From Candidatus Latescibacterota bacterium (GTDB lineage Bacteria > Latescibacterota > UBA2968 > UBA8231), in assembly GCA_965204725.1 (NCBI GenBank), contig OZ242005.1:4576001-4640000 (forward strand): a stretch of 64,000 nt of DNA, read 5' to 3'. Below, one piece after another: positions 39,601 to 50,000 of the stretch. Made by a program: the position numbers and the translations under genes. The notes under the pieces were generated by a model. That model made no database searches, had not been told where the DNA came from, and saw nothing but the letters and a program-made list of their open reading frames with translations. Position 1 is the first letter of the stretch. Each line of letters begins with the position of its first letter.

Positions 39601-40422
39601 GCAGGTGAACTGCTGGCTTTGTCCGGTGGCCTACACCGGCATGCGCTGGCAATTTTCTCAGAGCGGATAGGTTGGTTTTACGAGACTAATTATGAGTGGT
39701 CGGAAAAGAATCTACTTTCGGTTCTCGACTCCAGCGACCTTCACGATAGGGACGCTTTTTGGAGCGGGTTTTTCTATGCATCAGTAAACCAAGAGCTGTT
39801 TATGCTCTTAAAGCCGCATTTACTCCAACTCGCAAGGGAGAATAGTGAGACTCATCGTAAGCACAGCCAAGGACTTTCAAGGATTATTTTAGACAGGTGG
39901 GGGAGCATTATTGAAGGAACGAGTGATCGTTGTATTTCCAATGAGGAATTCAGGGATGTGCTAGTGCAGGCGGATGATGAATTTCGATCTCACGTGTTAC
40001 GGCAGATGACGAATCTGTTATGCAATAAAAAACAAGAAACGAGAAACAAATGGACATCATGGTTGCCAGAGTTCTTAAGAGATGTATGGCCTCTTCATAG
40101 AAAGGCGAACTCGCCGGCAGCGTCGGCGTCCTTGTGCGACTTGGTGTTCTCCAATGAAGAGTTATTCCCGGAGTTGGTAGAGATAATTCTTCCGCTTCTT
40201 ACGAAGCTAGACGACCATGCTTGGCGATTGAATCAGACCCAAGCCTGCGCCCAAAAACACCCCCGTCACACGCTGGACCTCTTGTATGCAGTGCTGCCGG
40301 GCAACGTTTCAGGTTGGCCCTATGGCATCGGAGATATATTTGCGTCCATAAGCGAAGGCGAGCCTGCCCTAAGAACCGACGAGAAATTCCTCGAATTAAA
40401 GCGACGGTGGGACTCCCGATAA
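36634..40422 (+). CDS. SIR2-domain anti-phage protein, Dsr1-like
   Basis: GPAIPDELL..RDEGRVVFFCGAGIS, TTNFD, HLHG, VFVGYAADDPP; 1262 aa with long helical C-terminus; AT-richer than flanks. Confidence 0.8.
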   Translation: MRFFENGPAIPDELLHARDEGRVVFFCGAGISQAKAGLPDFFGLAEKVMETLGVQADSPARKLLDEARNFEARTGVAGVIPADRIFGLLEREFSTDVIESAVASALRPGDEPDLTAHCIILDLATTREGLVRIVTTNFDRLFDNCGRSLSSWQRPRLPNPSRPKDMDGIVHLHGKATSDYRGAEGDGFILSSSQFGQAYLSEGWATSFFREIIDRYVVVFVGYAADDPPVHYLLEGLNKQINERQVYAFQEGAADDAASKWNHRGVQAISYAEDSGHTALWDTLEAWAQRARDPDKWYSEVINKAKQGPQSLLPHERGQVAHVVSTVEGVRNFSEGEEPPPAEWLCVFDKYRRYGQPGRLGGWFREGPYVDPFDLYRIDSDVPPDKASPKGHSSKRKVPTDAWDAFALNRVDRANLNDDNFPSITGLWAYNVPPLPPRLRQMGAWIRAITGEPAAVWWAVRQNPLHPEIRAEIRQALTSSQRPISSAVREAWYYLFECWEQSRDRHADSGDWYGLISKDGWSRSTVRAYAACSRPYLLKVEPHYGQHPKPPEPQDEIRRNDLISLEVAYPDHTKETNIPDEYIAPVVAILRKNLEIALELETEIGRYGLSQVSSIVSDNDTAENRTHGLSRAVINFTSVFERLMQINLKAARRDFSKWLVEDDTIFARLRIWAAGKPDLVSDDQFGPVLADVSDKAFWDESHEWDLLHTLSSRWNGLSKDICVEIEKRLLKGCSRWRKEEEEDFKKRRDRSILARIIWLSRKGCKLCSNLEEATNRLRELVPEWNPENSDEVVRCWGTEGGIVRTEDDHSALLDIPLASVLSEAYRRSERRDDPFVEYNPFAGLSAARPVRAFSALRVAAKEGDFPDWAWNTFLNAEKRKTDKLRFVVLIAERLARYLNNGVTVLVWPAASWLENMSGSFSGQYSASFRRVTDALIRSLAEEPESDASGVWQVGGVRDWATIAFNAPVRKVAQALRPYQKTDPSAFLNYAGELLALSGGLHRHALAIFSERIGWFYETNYEWSEKNLLSVLDSSDLHDRDAFWSGFFYASVNQELFMLLKPHLLQLARENSETHRKHSQGLSRIILDRWGSIIEGTSDRCISNEEFRDVLVQADDEFRSHVLRQMTNLLCNKKQETRNKWTSWLPEFLRDVWPLHRKANSPAASASLCDLVFSNEELFPELVEIILPLLTKLDDHAWRLNQTQACAQKHPRHTLDLLYAVLPGNVSGWPYGIGDIFASISEGEPALRTDEKFLELKRRWDSR

Positions 40423-40432
40423 CTCGGCAAGA

Positions 40433-42904
40433 TCACCGCTTCTTCACCGTCCGCCGCTTCTTCCGCTTCCCTCCCACTTCCGCCGCCAGCGGCGCTTGCA
40501 ACTGCTCGTACAGCGCAAAGAGATGCTCCACGCGCTCTCGTTCCGAGGCGAAGCGGGCGCGGCGATAGAGGCTATCTACGGCGCGGTCGAGGGCTGAGTG
40601 CGCTCGGCGCAAATCAGGTGGCATGGCGTCTGGGTCGTAGAGATCGGCGAGGGTGGCGTTTGGGTGGTTGGCGCGGGCCGCGAGCACTGCGTCGGCGTGA
40701 GGCGCGAGGCGTTGTAAGTCTTGCTCGGAGACAGGTGGGAGCGGAAAAGTGTTATAGACGACGCCGATGGAATAGCGGTAACTGCTTCCCAAGCGTCCAC
40801 CGAAATGGCGCATCCACGCCATGTGCATGGCAGAAGTGAGCAGGGCAAATGTCGGCTTGGTTGCATTGACGAGGACGCGGACGAGGTTGCTCGGAACGAC
40901 CGGCGGTTCTAGCCAGCCTATGGGCACATATTCGCGCCGCTCGGAACTCACTTCCGGGACGACTAGGAACGGGGCATCGGGAATGAGATTGATCTGGAAC
41001 AATGTCGGCGTATCCGCCAAGGCTTGCGTTGATGCGCGGTTGCTTTTCTTACGCAAGGCTCGCACCGCAGCCACACGCTCGCGCAGGGCCGGTGCCTGAC
41101 GCAGCAGATTAGGCGGTGCTTCGCCGAGCCAAAGAATCCAGCGTTTCTTACCGTTGAGATACTCTTGACTGCCGACGAAAGGACGAATGTAGGGTTCGGC
41201 CTCGGGACACTCCTCAAGCAGCTTGGCGCGCTGGTCTTCATTGAGGATGTAGAGACCACCATCAATGGGTTGTGACCCGGTCACGAGCTTCGCCAGCCCA
41301 TTGATCGGCTGGCTCGCCGTGCCCACGACCAAATGCGGATTGGCCAGCCCGCCGCCGTCGAACAGGTACGGCGTGATTGCCGCGAGGTTGGTTTCCTCCG
41401 GCTCGCCGTGGATGTCGGGATAGGCAAACAGCCGCTTTTCCCGGGGCGTCGCTTCCCGTTTGTCCAGCCCGATAATCACCACGTGAACGTGCGCCTTGCC
41501 ACGCGCATCCGAACCCCAAGCAAACGTGCGGTGAGCAAAGGCAATGTCGAGGCGGCAGCGGTTGAACAAGATCGGCCAAAGCTGCGCCACCTGCTCGCCC
41601 TGCGTAATGGAATTAGTCGCCACAAACCCAATGCGCGGATTGCCCTGCTGCGCGTACTCGCCAGCGCGTATAAACCAAGCCGCCACGTAGTCGAGGGTGC
41701 CGCCGCTGCCGCCCAGTGCGGCGACCTGTTGCACCCGCTGCCGCTGCTCAGGCGACTGAAACTTCGCGCCCACAAACGGCGGATTGCCGAACACATAAGA
41801 GCATTCCACCGGCGGCAGCAGCTCGGCCCAGTCCATGGTGAGCGCGTCCGCGTTGCGGATGTGCGGCGACTGCTCAATAGGGATGCGCGTGTAGGTCTGG
41901 CCGAATTCTAGGCTCAGCCGGTTGTTCATAATGTGGTCCATCATCCACAGCGCGGTCTCGGCGATGCGCGCTGGAAACTCGCTAATCTCAATGCCATAGA
42001 ACTGATCAACATTGACTACGGAAAGCAGTTCGGCGAAGGCAGAAAGTTGGCCGGATGGGTGCAACTGGCGCAAGACCTCAATCTCGAGCTGCCGCAACTC
42101 GCGGTACGCAATGATGAGAAAGTTTCCGCAGCCGCACGCCGGGTCGAGAAACCGCAACTGCCCCAGCTTTTGCTGAAAAGCGTATAGATCGGGGATGCGG
42201 CGGTTGTCGCGCCGGGCCTTCAGGCGAGCGAATTCGGCCCGCAGGTCGTCTAAAAATAGCGGCTCAATTACCTTGCGGATGTTCTGCTCGGTGGTGTAGT
42301 GAGCACCCTGAGCGCGGCGCGCGGCGGGTTCCATCACCGATTGGAACAACGCGCCGAAGATGGCCGGAGAAATCGCGGTCCAGTCGAACAAGCAAGCGTC
42401 AATCAGGCTCTGGCGCATTTCAGCGTCAAAGTCGGGGATGCGCAACGGCGCGGCGAACAACGCGCCGTTGATATACGGGAAGTGCGCCAAGTCCTCGTCG
42501 AGCTTGGCCTGCCGCCGATCTTCCGGCGTGTTCAAGGCTTGAAACAGCCGCGCCAGATAGGGGCCGAGGTCGCTGCCGTCGGCTGAGGTGCGCTCCTCAA
42601 TGAATTGCAAGAAAATGTCGCGTGGCTCAAAGATGCCGGTGTCGTCGGCAAACAAGCAAAACACCATGCGGACGAGGAAAAGCTCCAAGTCGTGGCCGTC
42701 GTAGCCCGACTCCGCGAGCGCGTCGTGCAGGCGCGCAATGCGCTCGGACGCCTCGATGTTGACCGGGTCTTGGTCGCGGAAGGTGCGCCGCTGCACCCCG
42801 ATGATAAAGCCAAATTTTTCAACGTGCTGCGGCAAGTCGGCGAGGGCAAAGCGCGTCTGTTCGCGGCCGGCGCGAGCGCGAATTTCGTTCCACGAAAGGC
42901 GCAT
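40433..42904 (-). CDS. MmeI-like (Type IIL) adenine methyltransferase/TRD protein with nuclease region apparently deleted
   Basis: GAHYT, LDPACGCGNFL, GNPPF, VSSERREYVPIG; only ~12 aa (MRLSWNEIRARA) precede EQTRFALADLPQHVEKFGF. Confidence 0.85.
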   Translation of the reverse strand: MRLSWNEIRARAGREQTRFALADLPQHVEKFGFIIGVQRRTFRDQDPVNIEASERIARLHDALAESGYDGHDLELFLVRMVFCLFADDTGIFEPRDIFLQFIEERTSADGSDLGPYLARLFQALNTPEDRRQAKLDEDLAHFPYINGALFAAPLRIPDFDAEMRQSLIDACLFDWTAISPAIFGALFQSVMEPAARRAQGAHYTTEQNIRKVIEPLFLDDLRAEFARLKARRDNRRIPDLYAFQQKLGQLRFLDPACGCGNFLIIAYRELRQLEIEVLRQLHPSGQLSAFAELLSVVNVDQFYGIEISEFPARIAETALWMMDHIMNNRLSLEFGQTYTRIPIEQSPHIRNADALTMDWAELLPPVECSYVFGNPPFVGAKFQSPEQRQRVQQVAALGGSGGTLDYVAAWFIRAGEYAQQGNPRIGFVATNSITQGEQVAQLWPILFNRCRLDIAFAHRTFAWGSDARGKAHVHVVIIGLDKREATPREKRLFAYPDIHGEPEETNLAAITPYLFDGGGLANPHLVVGTASQPINGLAKLVTGSQPIDGGLYILNEDQRAKLLEECPEAEPYIRPFVGSQEYLNGKKRWILWLGEAPPNLLRQAPALRERVAAVRALRKKSNRASTQALADTPTLFQINLIPDAPFLVVPEVSSERREYVPIGWLEPPVVPSNLVRVLVNATKPTFALLTSAMHMAWMRHFGGRLGSSYRYSIGVVYNTFPLPPVSEQDLQRLAPHADAVLAARANHPNATLADLYDPDAMPPDLRRAHSALDRAVDSLYRRARFASERERVEHLFALYEQLQAPLAAEVGGKRKKRRTVKKR

Positions 42905-42924
42905 GACGATGGGTTGCGGACTGA

Positions 42925-43974
42925 TTAAGGACGGGTCGCTTCCGCATTTTGCCGCCTAATGGGATATTGCGGAAGGTCGCGCTCAATTTCTCGGTCGTAG
43001 AGTTCAGTGAAGGTATCCGCAATCGCGTTGGGATGAATGTCGAGATAGTTACTTGCCGTGCGACAAGCTATCTCGCCCGTCTCGTCAAAGTATAGCGAGT
43101 GGAAGGCGACCGCATCCTCGGCTCGCGTACGGAGGTCAATCTCCTTGAGAACGACGTAGTCGTGAGTTGCTAGGAATACCTGAACGCCAGCGCGTTGCAG
43201 TTGCAGCAGGACATCAATTAGCGCACCTAACAGCTTAGGGTTCAGGTTGGTCTCAGGCTCATCCCAAAACAGTACCGAACCGTTCTGCAAAGTGCCATTT
43301 TGTATTAAAAGCCACAACAATCCCAACTTACGCATGCCCTCGGCAAGCAGGGTGAACTCCAAGGTTCCCTTTTTGTTCTTGAGAAAAAACTCCTCACTCT
43401 TGATCGTCACTTTTCCATCGATCTCTTCTTGCAAACGAGCGAGCAAACGTCTGTTCAGAGCATCCGACTTGCCGCGCAGTAACGGGATGTAAGCCCGGTC
43501 CAGAATATCCGCATAAACTTCTTCAAAGTGTATTTCGCGTTCCGAGTAAAGCGAGCGAAAGCCAGGTGCATTAGAGAGCATCTCCTTCACCGGAATATAG
43601 GTGCTTTTTAATGAAGAATCTTTCCAAGAATCAGCACCAGTTACAGAAACATAGGCGGAATTTGGTGATTTAATGCGATTGGAGAAACGGACTCCCAATC
43701 GTCGGTCGCCGCGATACACGTCCACGGATGCGACTCCCGGCTGCCGTTTGACGAGGCGTCCTAGGAAGCGGCCTGACGGAAGTAGCACCCGCATCAACTT
43801 CTCGGCGAAGTGGACGTCCGCTTTAGAAGAGTCACACGCCGCATATAGGACCTTCATCAAATGGGTCTTGCCGGTGCCGTTTGCGCCCACTAAGACGTTA
43901 ATCCCGGGGCAAAGCTCCAATTCCAAGTTCGAGAACGCAGTAAAGCGTCTCAATTGTACTTTCGTCAGAGTCAT
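42925..43974 (-). CDS. ABC-type AAA ATPase (AAA_21/AbiEii-like)
   Basis: GANGTGKT, LAEGMRK signature, LFWDEPETNLNP, ATHD. Confidence 0.85.
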   Translation of the reverse strand: MTLTKVQLRRFTAFSNLELELCPGINVLVGANGTGKTHLMKVLYAACDSSKADVHFAEKLMRVLLPSGRFLGRLVKRQPGVASVDVYRGDRRLGVRFSNRIKSPNSAYVSVTGADSWKDSSLKSTYIPVKEMLSNAPGFRSLYSEREIHFEEVYADILDRAYIPLLRGKSDALNRRLLARLQEEIDGKVTIKSEEFFLKNKKGTLEFTLLAEGMRKLGLLWLLIQNGTLQNGSVLFWDEPETNLNPKLLGALIDVLLQLQRAGVQVFLATHDYVVLKEIDLRTRAEDAVAFHSLYFDETGEIACRTASNYLDIHPNAIADTFTELYDREIERDLPQYPIRRQNAEATRP

Positions 43975-44104
43975 AACATCCTCACTCGGCTACACGCGCC
44001 TCACATAGGCTCCCTATGGTCTTAGAGGTTGGGTGAGATTTTTGGTCCGCGTACTGTGAGTCCCCACCGCCTTGCGGTATCTCTTTTGGTTCTATGACCG
44101 CTTG

Positions 44105-44839
44105 CTACTGAAACAACTGCGTCGTCGGCTTGATCACCAAGAGGGGGACGCAGGCGCGGGCCGGTAGCGAGGCGACGAAGAGCGCGGCTTGGGCCAACTC
44201 TTCCGGTTGCAGCATGGCGGCCCGGCGTTGGGCACTGACGGGTTCGGGTCGCTGGGCCAAAATCGGCGTCTCGACCTCGCCGGGGCAAATCGCGCAGGCG
44301 CGGATGCCGGACGCGGCTTCTTCCTCGTTGATCGAGTTCGTCAGCGCTACGGCTCCGTGCTTGGAGGCCGAGTACGCGGCACCGGCTAGCTTGCTGGCCC
44401 GCAGGCCGGCGATGGACGAAATCGCGATGATGAGGCCGTCGTTTTGTCGTCGCATCCCCGGCAACACCGCCCGCACCATGTTGTACACCCCGGTGAGGTT
44501 GATGGCAATGGTTTGGTCCCAGGCCTCGGGCACCACTTCGCCGACCGAGCGCGGATTGGTGTTGATGCCGGCGTTGTTGACTAGCACATCGACGGCACCC
44601 CACTCGGCTTCAACCGCGGACGCTAGGGTTGCGACCGCGCCGCGGTCAGAGACGTCGCAGGAGTGGAGCAGGACCCGCTCGGCATCGAGGCCAGCGGCCG
44701 CGGCCGCGAGCGGCTCGACACGGCGGCCGACAAACGCCACCCGCGCTCCGGCCTCGGCAAAACCGCGCGCTATGGCCGCGCCGATCCCAGTGCCCGCGCC
44801 GGTGACTACAACCACTTTATCAGCGAGTTGCCGCATCAT
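44105..44839 (-). CDS. SDR family oxidoreductase
   Basis: [17 protein letters not shown]. Confidence 0.93.
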   Translation of the reverse strand: MMRQLADKVVVVTGAGTGIGAAIARGFAEAGARVAFVGRRVEPLAAAAAGLDAERVLLHSCDVSDRGAVATLASAVEAEWGAVDVLVNNAGINTNPRSVGEVVPEAWDQTIAINLTGVYNMVRAVLPGMRRQNDGLIIAISSIAGLRASKLAGAAYSASKHGAVALTNSINEEEAASGIRACAICPGEVETPILAQRPEPVSAQRRAAMLQPEELAQAALFVASLPARACVPLLVIKPTTQLFQ

Positions 44840-46295
44840 CCTGCTCCTTTTTGAGTGCCCGCAAGCGCGAGGCTTCCTCGCGTTGCTTGTAAAACGAGTC
44901 GAGGGGAAAGCAACCCGAAATCATGCCGTTGCGCGGCGCGGTCGTGCAATCGGAAAACGTGCGGCAGAGGACGCGGCGTTGCAGGTGGCCGGTTTGCAGC
45001 ACGTCGCAGGGCAGGTCGGGATAGGACAAAACCATCCGCCCCAAGCCGATAAAATCCACCATGCCCGCCCGCACGAGGGCTTGCCCCACGTGCGGCAGAT
45101 ATTCTTGCAAGTAGGAATACCCCGATCCGACGAATAGGCTGCGCGGGAAGCGCGCCTTGAGTTGGGCGACCATGGCTACTTGCCGCGCCACCCCGCACAG
45201 CGGGTCTTCCGGCGGCAGGTAGCCATCGGACGGGGGAAAGAGTGCCGGCCGCTGGATGTGCGGATTGTAATAAGGGCTGCCGCAGGACAAGTTAAACAGG
45301 TCAACCCCCAAGCTCTCCAGCAAGGCGATAAACTGCTCGGCCTCGCCTAAGTCCATCTGCCGAGGATCGTCCCGATTGACGCCAAAGCCGTACTCGTAGG
45401 GTAGGCAGTTTTGGTACGGCTCGGGCACCCCGTGCCTTTTGCCCTCGTTGGGTGCGGGCCGGAAGGGCACCAAGTCGAAAGCACTCAGCCGCACCCCAAT
45501 GCCGAGGCCGGGGGCTCGGCTGCGGATCCCCTCGATGATGGAGCGGACAAAGCGCGTACGATTTGCAAAGGAGCCGCCAAAGGGACCGGGCCGCGTAAAC
45601 GCGCTGAGAAATTCGTGCCCTAGATAGCCGTGGCAATGCTTGATATCTACAAAGTGGTAGCCCAGCTCGTGGGCGATTTGTGCGCTGTCAACGTAGCGGC
45701 TGATCAACTCCTCGATATAGGCGTCCGTCAGGAGCGGATAGTCCGCGTCGAGGCCAAATTTGCGATCTAAGATGGGGTGGTGGTAGAGGATGGCCGGGGC
45801 GGCTTGGTCCTTGCGATAGGGTCGGCAAAACCGCCCCGAATGCGTCAGTTGCAGGCCGAGGAGCAGGTCGTCGGTGGTGCCGAATCGCTCGCGGTGTGCC
45901 GACAGGAGCAGGTCGCGCAGCTCGGCCATGCCGGCGCGGTTCTCCTCGTGCGCCATGAGTTGGTTCGGATTGGCGCGGCCCTCCGGCACCACGGCAAAGG
46001 CCTCCCCGCCCCATATCAGCTTGGCCCCGCTGCGCCCGAAATTCCGCCAGCGTCGGCGCGTCAAATCGCTCGGCTGGCCGTCTTCCGTCCCGTCCCATCC
46101 TTCCATCGGCTGAATGGCAAAGCGGTTGCCGATGTGGGCACCGCCGCTACGGGCCGGTTGGGCCAATGGGGAAGTGGGAGCGCTTTCGATTTGGTCGTCG
46201 CAGGGCAGTTGTGCGCCCAACCGGGCCAGATGAGCGCGAAAGTCCGCGGCCCGCTTAAAGCTGGAGATACGCGGATAGTGCGTCTGGGTCGTCAA
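44820..46295 (-). CDS. NADH:flavin oxidoreductase (old yellow enzyme family)
   Basis: [38 protein letters not shown]; probable TTG start at 46295. Confidence 0.88.
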   Translation of the reverse strand: MTTQTHYPRISSFKRAADFRAHLARLGAQLPCDDQIESAPTSPLAQPARSGGAHIGNRFAIQPMEGWDGTEDGQPSDLTRRRWRNFGRSGAKLIWGGEAFAVVPEGRANPNQLMAHEENRAGMAELRDLLLSAHRERFGTTDDLLLGLQLTHSGRFCRPYRKDQAAPAILYHHPILDRKFGLDADYPLLTDAYIEELISRYVDSAQIAHELGYHFVDIKHCHGYLGHEFLSAFTRPGPFGGSFANRTRFVRSIIEGIRSRAPGLGIGVRLSAFDLVPFRPAPNEGKRHGVPEPYQNCLPYEYGFGVNRDDPRQMDLGEAEQFIALLESLGVDLFNLSCGSPYYNPHIQRPALFPPSDGYLPPEDPLCGVARQVAMVAQLKARFPRSLFVGSGYSYLQEYLPHVGQALVRAGMVDFIGLGRMVLSYPDLPCDVLQTGHLQRRVLCRTFSDCTTAPRNGMISGCFPLDSFYKQREEASRLRALKKEQDDAATR

Positions 46296-47050
46296 GGCGT
46301 CTCTCGCTCCCGGCGTTGCAGGTACAGCATCAACCCCAAGCCGAAGACCATCATGGCGATGCTGAGGAACTGGGCTTGGCTCAGGCCCCACAGCACCCGC
46401 GGATTGACCCGAATGAACTCCACCGCGAACCGCGCCAGCCCGGCGAGGATGAGATAGAAGCTGAACGACAGCCCCGCGATCGCCAAGCGGGTCCGCATTT
46501 TCCACAAGAAGGCCGCAATCCCTAAGTGCGCGAGGGTTTCGTACACCGGCGCGGGATGGACCTTTTCAAGAGTCGGCACCACCCCATTGGGATAGGCCAT
46601 GCCCCAAGGAAGGTCCGTCGGCACCCCGTAGTCGCCATCGCCGGCGAGTTGGCAGCCGATCCGCCCAACCCCATAGCCCACAGCGAGGGCAATGCCCACC
46701 GCGTCGGCGACTTGGCCCAGCGGCGCGTTGTGGCGGCGAATTTGCCACAACACGCCAGCCGCGGCGACGACGAACCCCCCGTACCAAGTCAAGCCGTAGC
46801 CGGAAAACAGCAGGTCGGATAGCTCGGCCCAACTCTCAGGCGAGGTCTCAAATAACACAAAGTAGAGCTTGGCCCCGACTAGCCCGCCGATCATGCAGGT
46901 GGTGACAATCGTCGATCCCAGCTCTTCGTGCAGCCCTTGACGCCTGAACTCGCGGTTGAGCACGTGCAGGGCCGCTAGGAAACCGAGGGCGACCATGAGG
47001 CCAAACGTGCCAATGCTAATGGGGCCGATCTCAAATAGGTAGGGGTACAT
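46292..47050 (-). CDS. lgt: Prolipoprotein diacylglyceryl transferase
   Basis: [34 protein letters not shown]. Confidence 0.9.
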   Translation of the reverse strand: MYPYLFEIGPISIGTFGLMVALGFLAALHVLNREFRRQGLHEELGSTIVTTCMIGGLVGAKLYFVLFETSPESWAELSDLLFSGYGLTWYGGFVVAAAGVLWQIRRHNAPLGQVADAVGIALAVGYGVGRIGCQLAGDGDYGVPTDLPWGMAYPNGVVPTLEKVHPAPVYETLAHLGIAAFLWKMRTRLAIAGLSFSFYLILAGLARFAVEFIRVNPRVLWGLSQAQFLSIAMMVFGLGLMLYLQRRERETP

Positions 47051-47052
47051 AG

Positions 47053-50000
47053 TCAGATATTTTTGCGGCCCAGTGCTTCGATCTGTCGCTTGAGTGCCGT
47101 GGCGATCTCGTAGTAAATCTCATAGGGACTCAACGCCTCGCCGCATTCCTTAAAAGAGGTGGTTTCGAGGGGGGGGCCAAAGAGCAAGCGCAAGGGGTGG
47201 CGCACGGGTTTGCGCGTCCCCTTGGGCAGGGCCTCGCGGGTGCCGGCAATGTGCAGGGGGACTACGGGTGCGTCGAGCTCGTACGCCAAAAGCCCCACGC
47301 CGGCCTTAAAGGGCTGTAGCTGGCCGTTGACCGAGCGCGTGCCTTCGGGAAAGACCAGCAAGGGGCGGCGCACTCCCACCAATTGCCGCGCCCGCACCAA
47401 GCCGGCGGCAAAATCGCCGGGGCCGTCCAAGGGAACGGCGTTGGCAAAGGTGTACAAAAACAGGCGCAGCTCGGAGTCGGCGAGGGAATGCTCGCTGGTT
47501 GCGATGTTGAGGTGATCCACTCGGGAGCGCACGGCCGCGTACACGCAAGCACCGTCGAGGTGGCTGGCGTGGTTGGCGGCAATCAGGTAGGGCCGATCTT
47601 GCGGCAGGTGCTCTAGACCGCCAGCCCGGAAGTCGAAAAAACGGCGGAATAGGGGGCCGCCGGTCTCCCACAGAATCTCTTGCAGCATCTTTTTGCCGGC
47701 CTCGCTCTCTGGCTCGACGCTCGGCTCGGCATGCAACACACCCGACCAGTACGCGGGCGATGGCTCGACCTCCCAGTTCACCCCGTCGCGCAAGTGAGCC
47801 TCTATCCGCGCCAAGACGCGGCGGAGCGTGTCCTGTGGGCGCAAAAGCCCCTCGACTGGGGTCCCGAGCCGCTGGCCGAGCCATGCGGCGAACTCCACGG
47901 TCATCAGCGAATCCAACAAGGTGTCGAGCGGCGCGTCGATGTGCGCGGCTACCTCCCCAGTGCTCAGGCCGGCGAGGAGGCCGATTTGACGCTGGATCGC
48001 CTGCTCCCATTCCGGCAGGGCCGTGCCCGGGCAGTCTGCGCGCTCGATGGCAGACAACAGGGCTTGGCGGTCCACCGCGCCGTCGTCCAGCCTCGGCAAG
48101 GGTCGGGTCCAAAAGTGTAGGCACTGGATCCGGTGATGGCTGGGCAAGGTGCGCGAAACCTCGTAGGAGTGCGCTTGGATGGTCGTGCGCAAGTCCTCAA
48201 CCTCCTCGGCAGCGCGGTTGAGCACTGCGACGCCGTGTAATTCTTCGCCTCCGGTGCGCGCCGAAGGCACGCCGACCACGCACAGATCGGCCACGTGTGG
48301 CAAGCCTCGGTAGAGGGCTTCGACTTCGCGGGGATAGACGTTGTGGCCGGCCCCGTTGACGATGAGGTCTTTGCTCCGCCCCGCGACGAAGAGATAGCCG
48401 TCGTCGTCGAGGTGGCCCAGATCGCCGGTGTGGAGCCAGCCGTCGCGCAACACCGCTTGGGTCAGTGCCTCTTGGGAGCAGTACCCTTCCATGACGTTGG
48501 AGCCGCGCACCAAAACCTCGCCGACGCCGCGCTCGTCCGGTGCGGCGATCCGCACTTGCTGCCCCGGCAACACCTGCCCCACGGACCGGGCCTTGCACTG
48601 CTTGGGGGTGTTGACCGCCACGACCGAGGCCGCTTCGCTCAGGCCATAGCCTTGGCAAATCGCCACGCCGAGACGCTCGTACGCGGCGATGAGGTCGTCG
48701 GACAGGGCCGCGCCGACGCTGACGACCCGCCTCAGAGCAGCTAGCCCGGCCGTGGCCTCGGCCCCGAGGCGCTCGACGCGCTCGACCAAAACGCGCAACA
48801 GGCGCGGCGCGGTCAACAGCACGGTCGTTTCCGTATCGCGCAGGGCGCGGAGCATCTCGCGGCTGTTGACAGCCTCTAAATACGTGATGGTGGCCCCGCC
48901 GAGCAGCGGCAAGAGCAAGCCCCCAGTGAATTCGAGGGCTTGGTGCAGGGGCAAGGTCGAGAGCATGCGATCGGACTCGTAGATGCGGAGCACCTCGCCT
49001 TGGGCGAGGACGTTGGAGATGAGGTTGCGATGGCTCAACACCACCCCGCGCGGCTCGACGACCGAGGTAAAGAGGATCGACGCCGTGGCCGCAGGCTCAA
49101 CCTTTGGCAGCTTCGACCGGCCCTCTCCGACGGACGCGGCAGGCTCGGGTGCGCACCCGAACGGCAGCCCGTTGCGATCGACATTGAAAAAGGCCATTTC
49201 CCGGTGGGCTGCCACGCCCTCGGGCGAGAGCTGGGAAAAGCGCTTTTCGGTTGCAATCAGCGCCCTCGCTTGGACAAAGTCGCCCAGCCGCCAGATGTCT
49301 TGCTCGCGCGTCTGCGGACCGACGGGCACGACCGCGAGCCCAAGCAGGCTGGCCGCCATGTAGGCGACGACCCACTCCGGCCCGTTGTCTCCGCACAGCA
49401 GGACCCGCGCCCCAGCCGACACCCCTTGGGCACGCCAACTGCGTGCCACGCGCTCGGCGCGGGCGAGCAACTCGTCGTAGCTGACCCGCGTCCAGCCGGA
49501 CCGACGCTCAATTTGCAGGGCCGTCCTAGCTGCGTAGCGGCCGCAGGCCCAGCGCAACAGGTCCGGGATGGTGCGGATGCTTTCCTCAATGCGCCAGCGC
49601 TGTTCTTCGCCCCCTACTTCGCCGGGGGTCGCGCTCAACGGCTCTTGGTCGTCGGCCGCCCCACCCAGCTCGTGCCGCCGGAGGCCGGGCAGGTGGGTTT
49701 TCTGATAGTATTGATACCAGTCAATCCGCCGCACATCCATGTTGAAGAGCCGCTGCTCTTCTGGGGGCAGCGACTCGTAAAGGGCCAACATGCGCTTGGT
49801 TTCATAGCGGCAATCGAGGGTCGTGTACGGGCTGAATAAGTCGGTGAAGTACTGGACGCGCTTGAGTCGCGTCTTGAGTGCGGCCAAGCGGCGTTTCTTC
49901 TGGGCCGATGCCCAGCGCTCGGGCAGATACTCGTAGAGCTTTTGCTTTATCTCCAGCGGATAGAGGTACTTCCAGTTGAAAACGCGCTGGAAGCGGGCCA

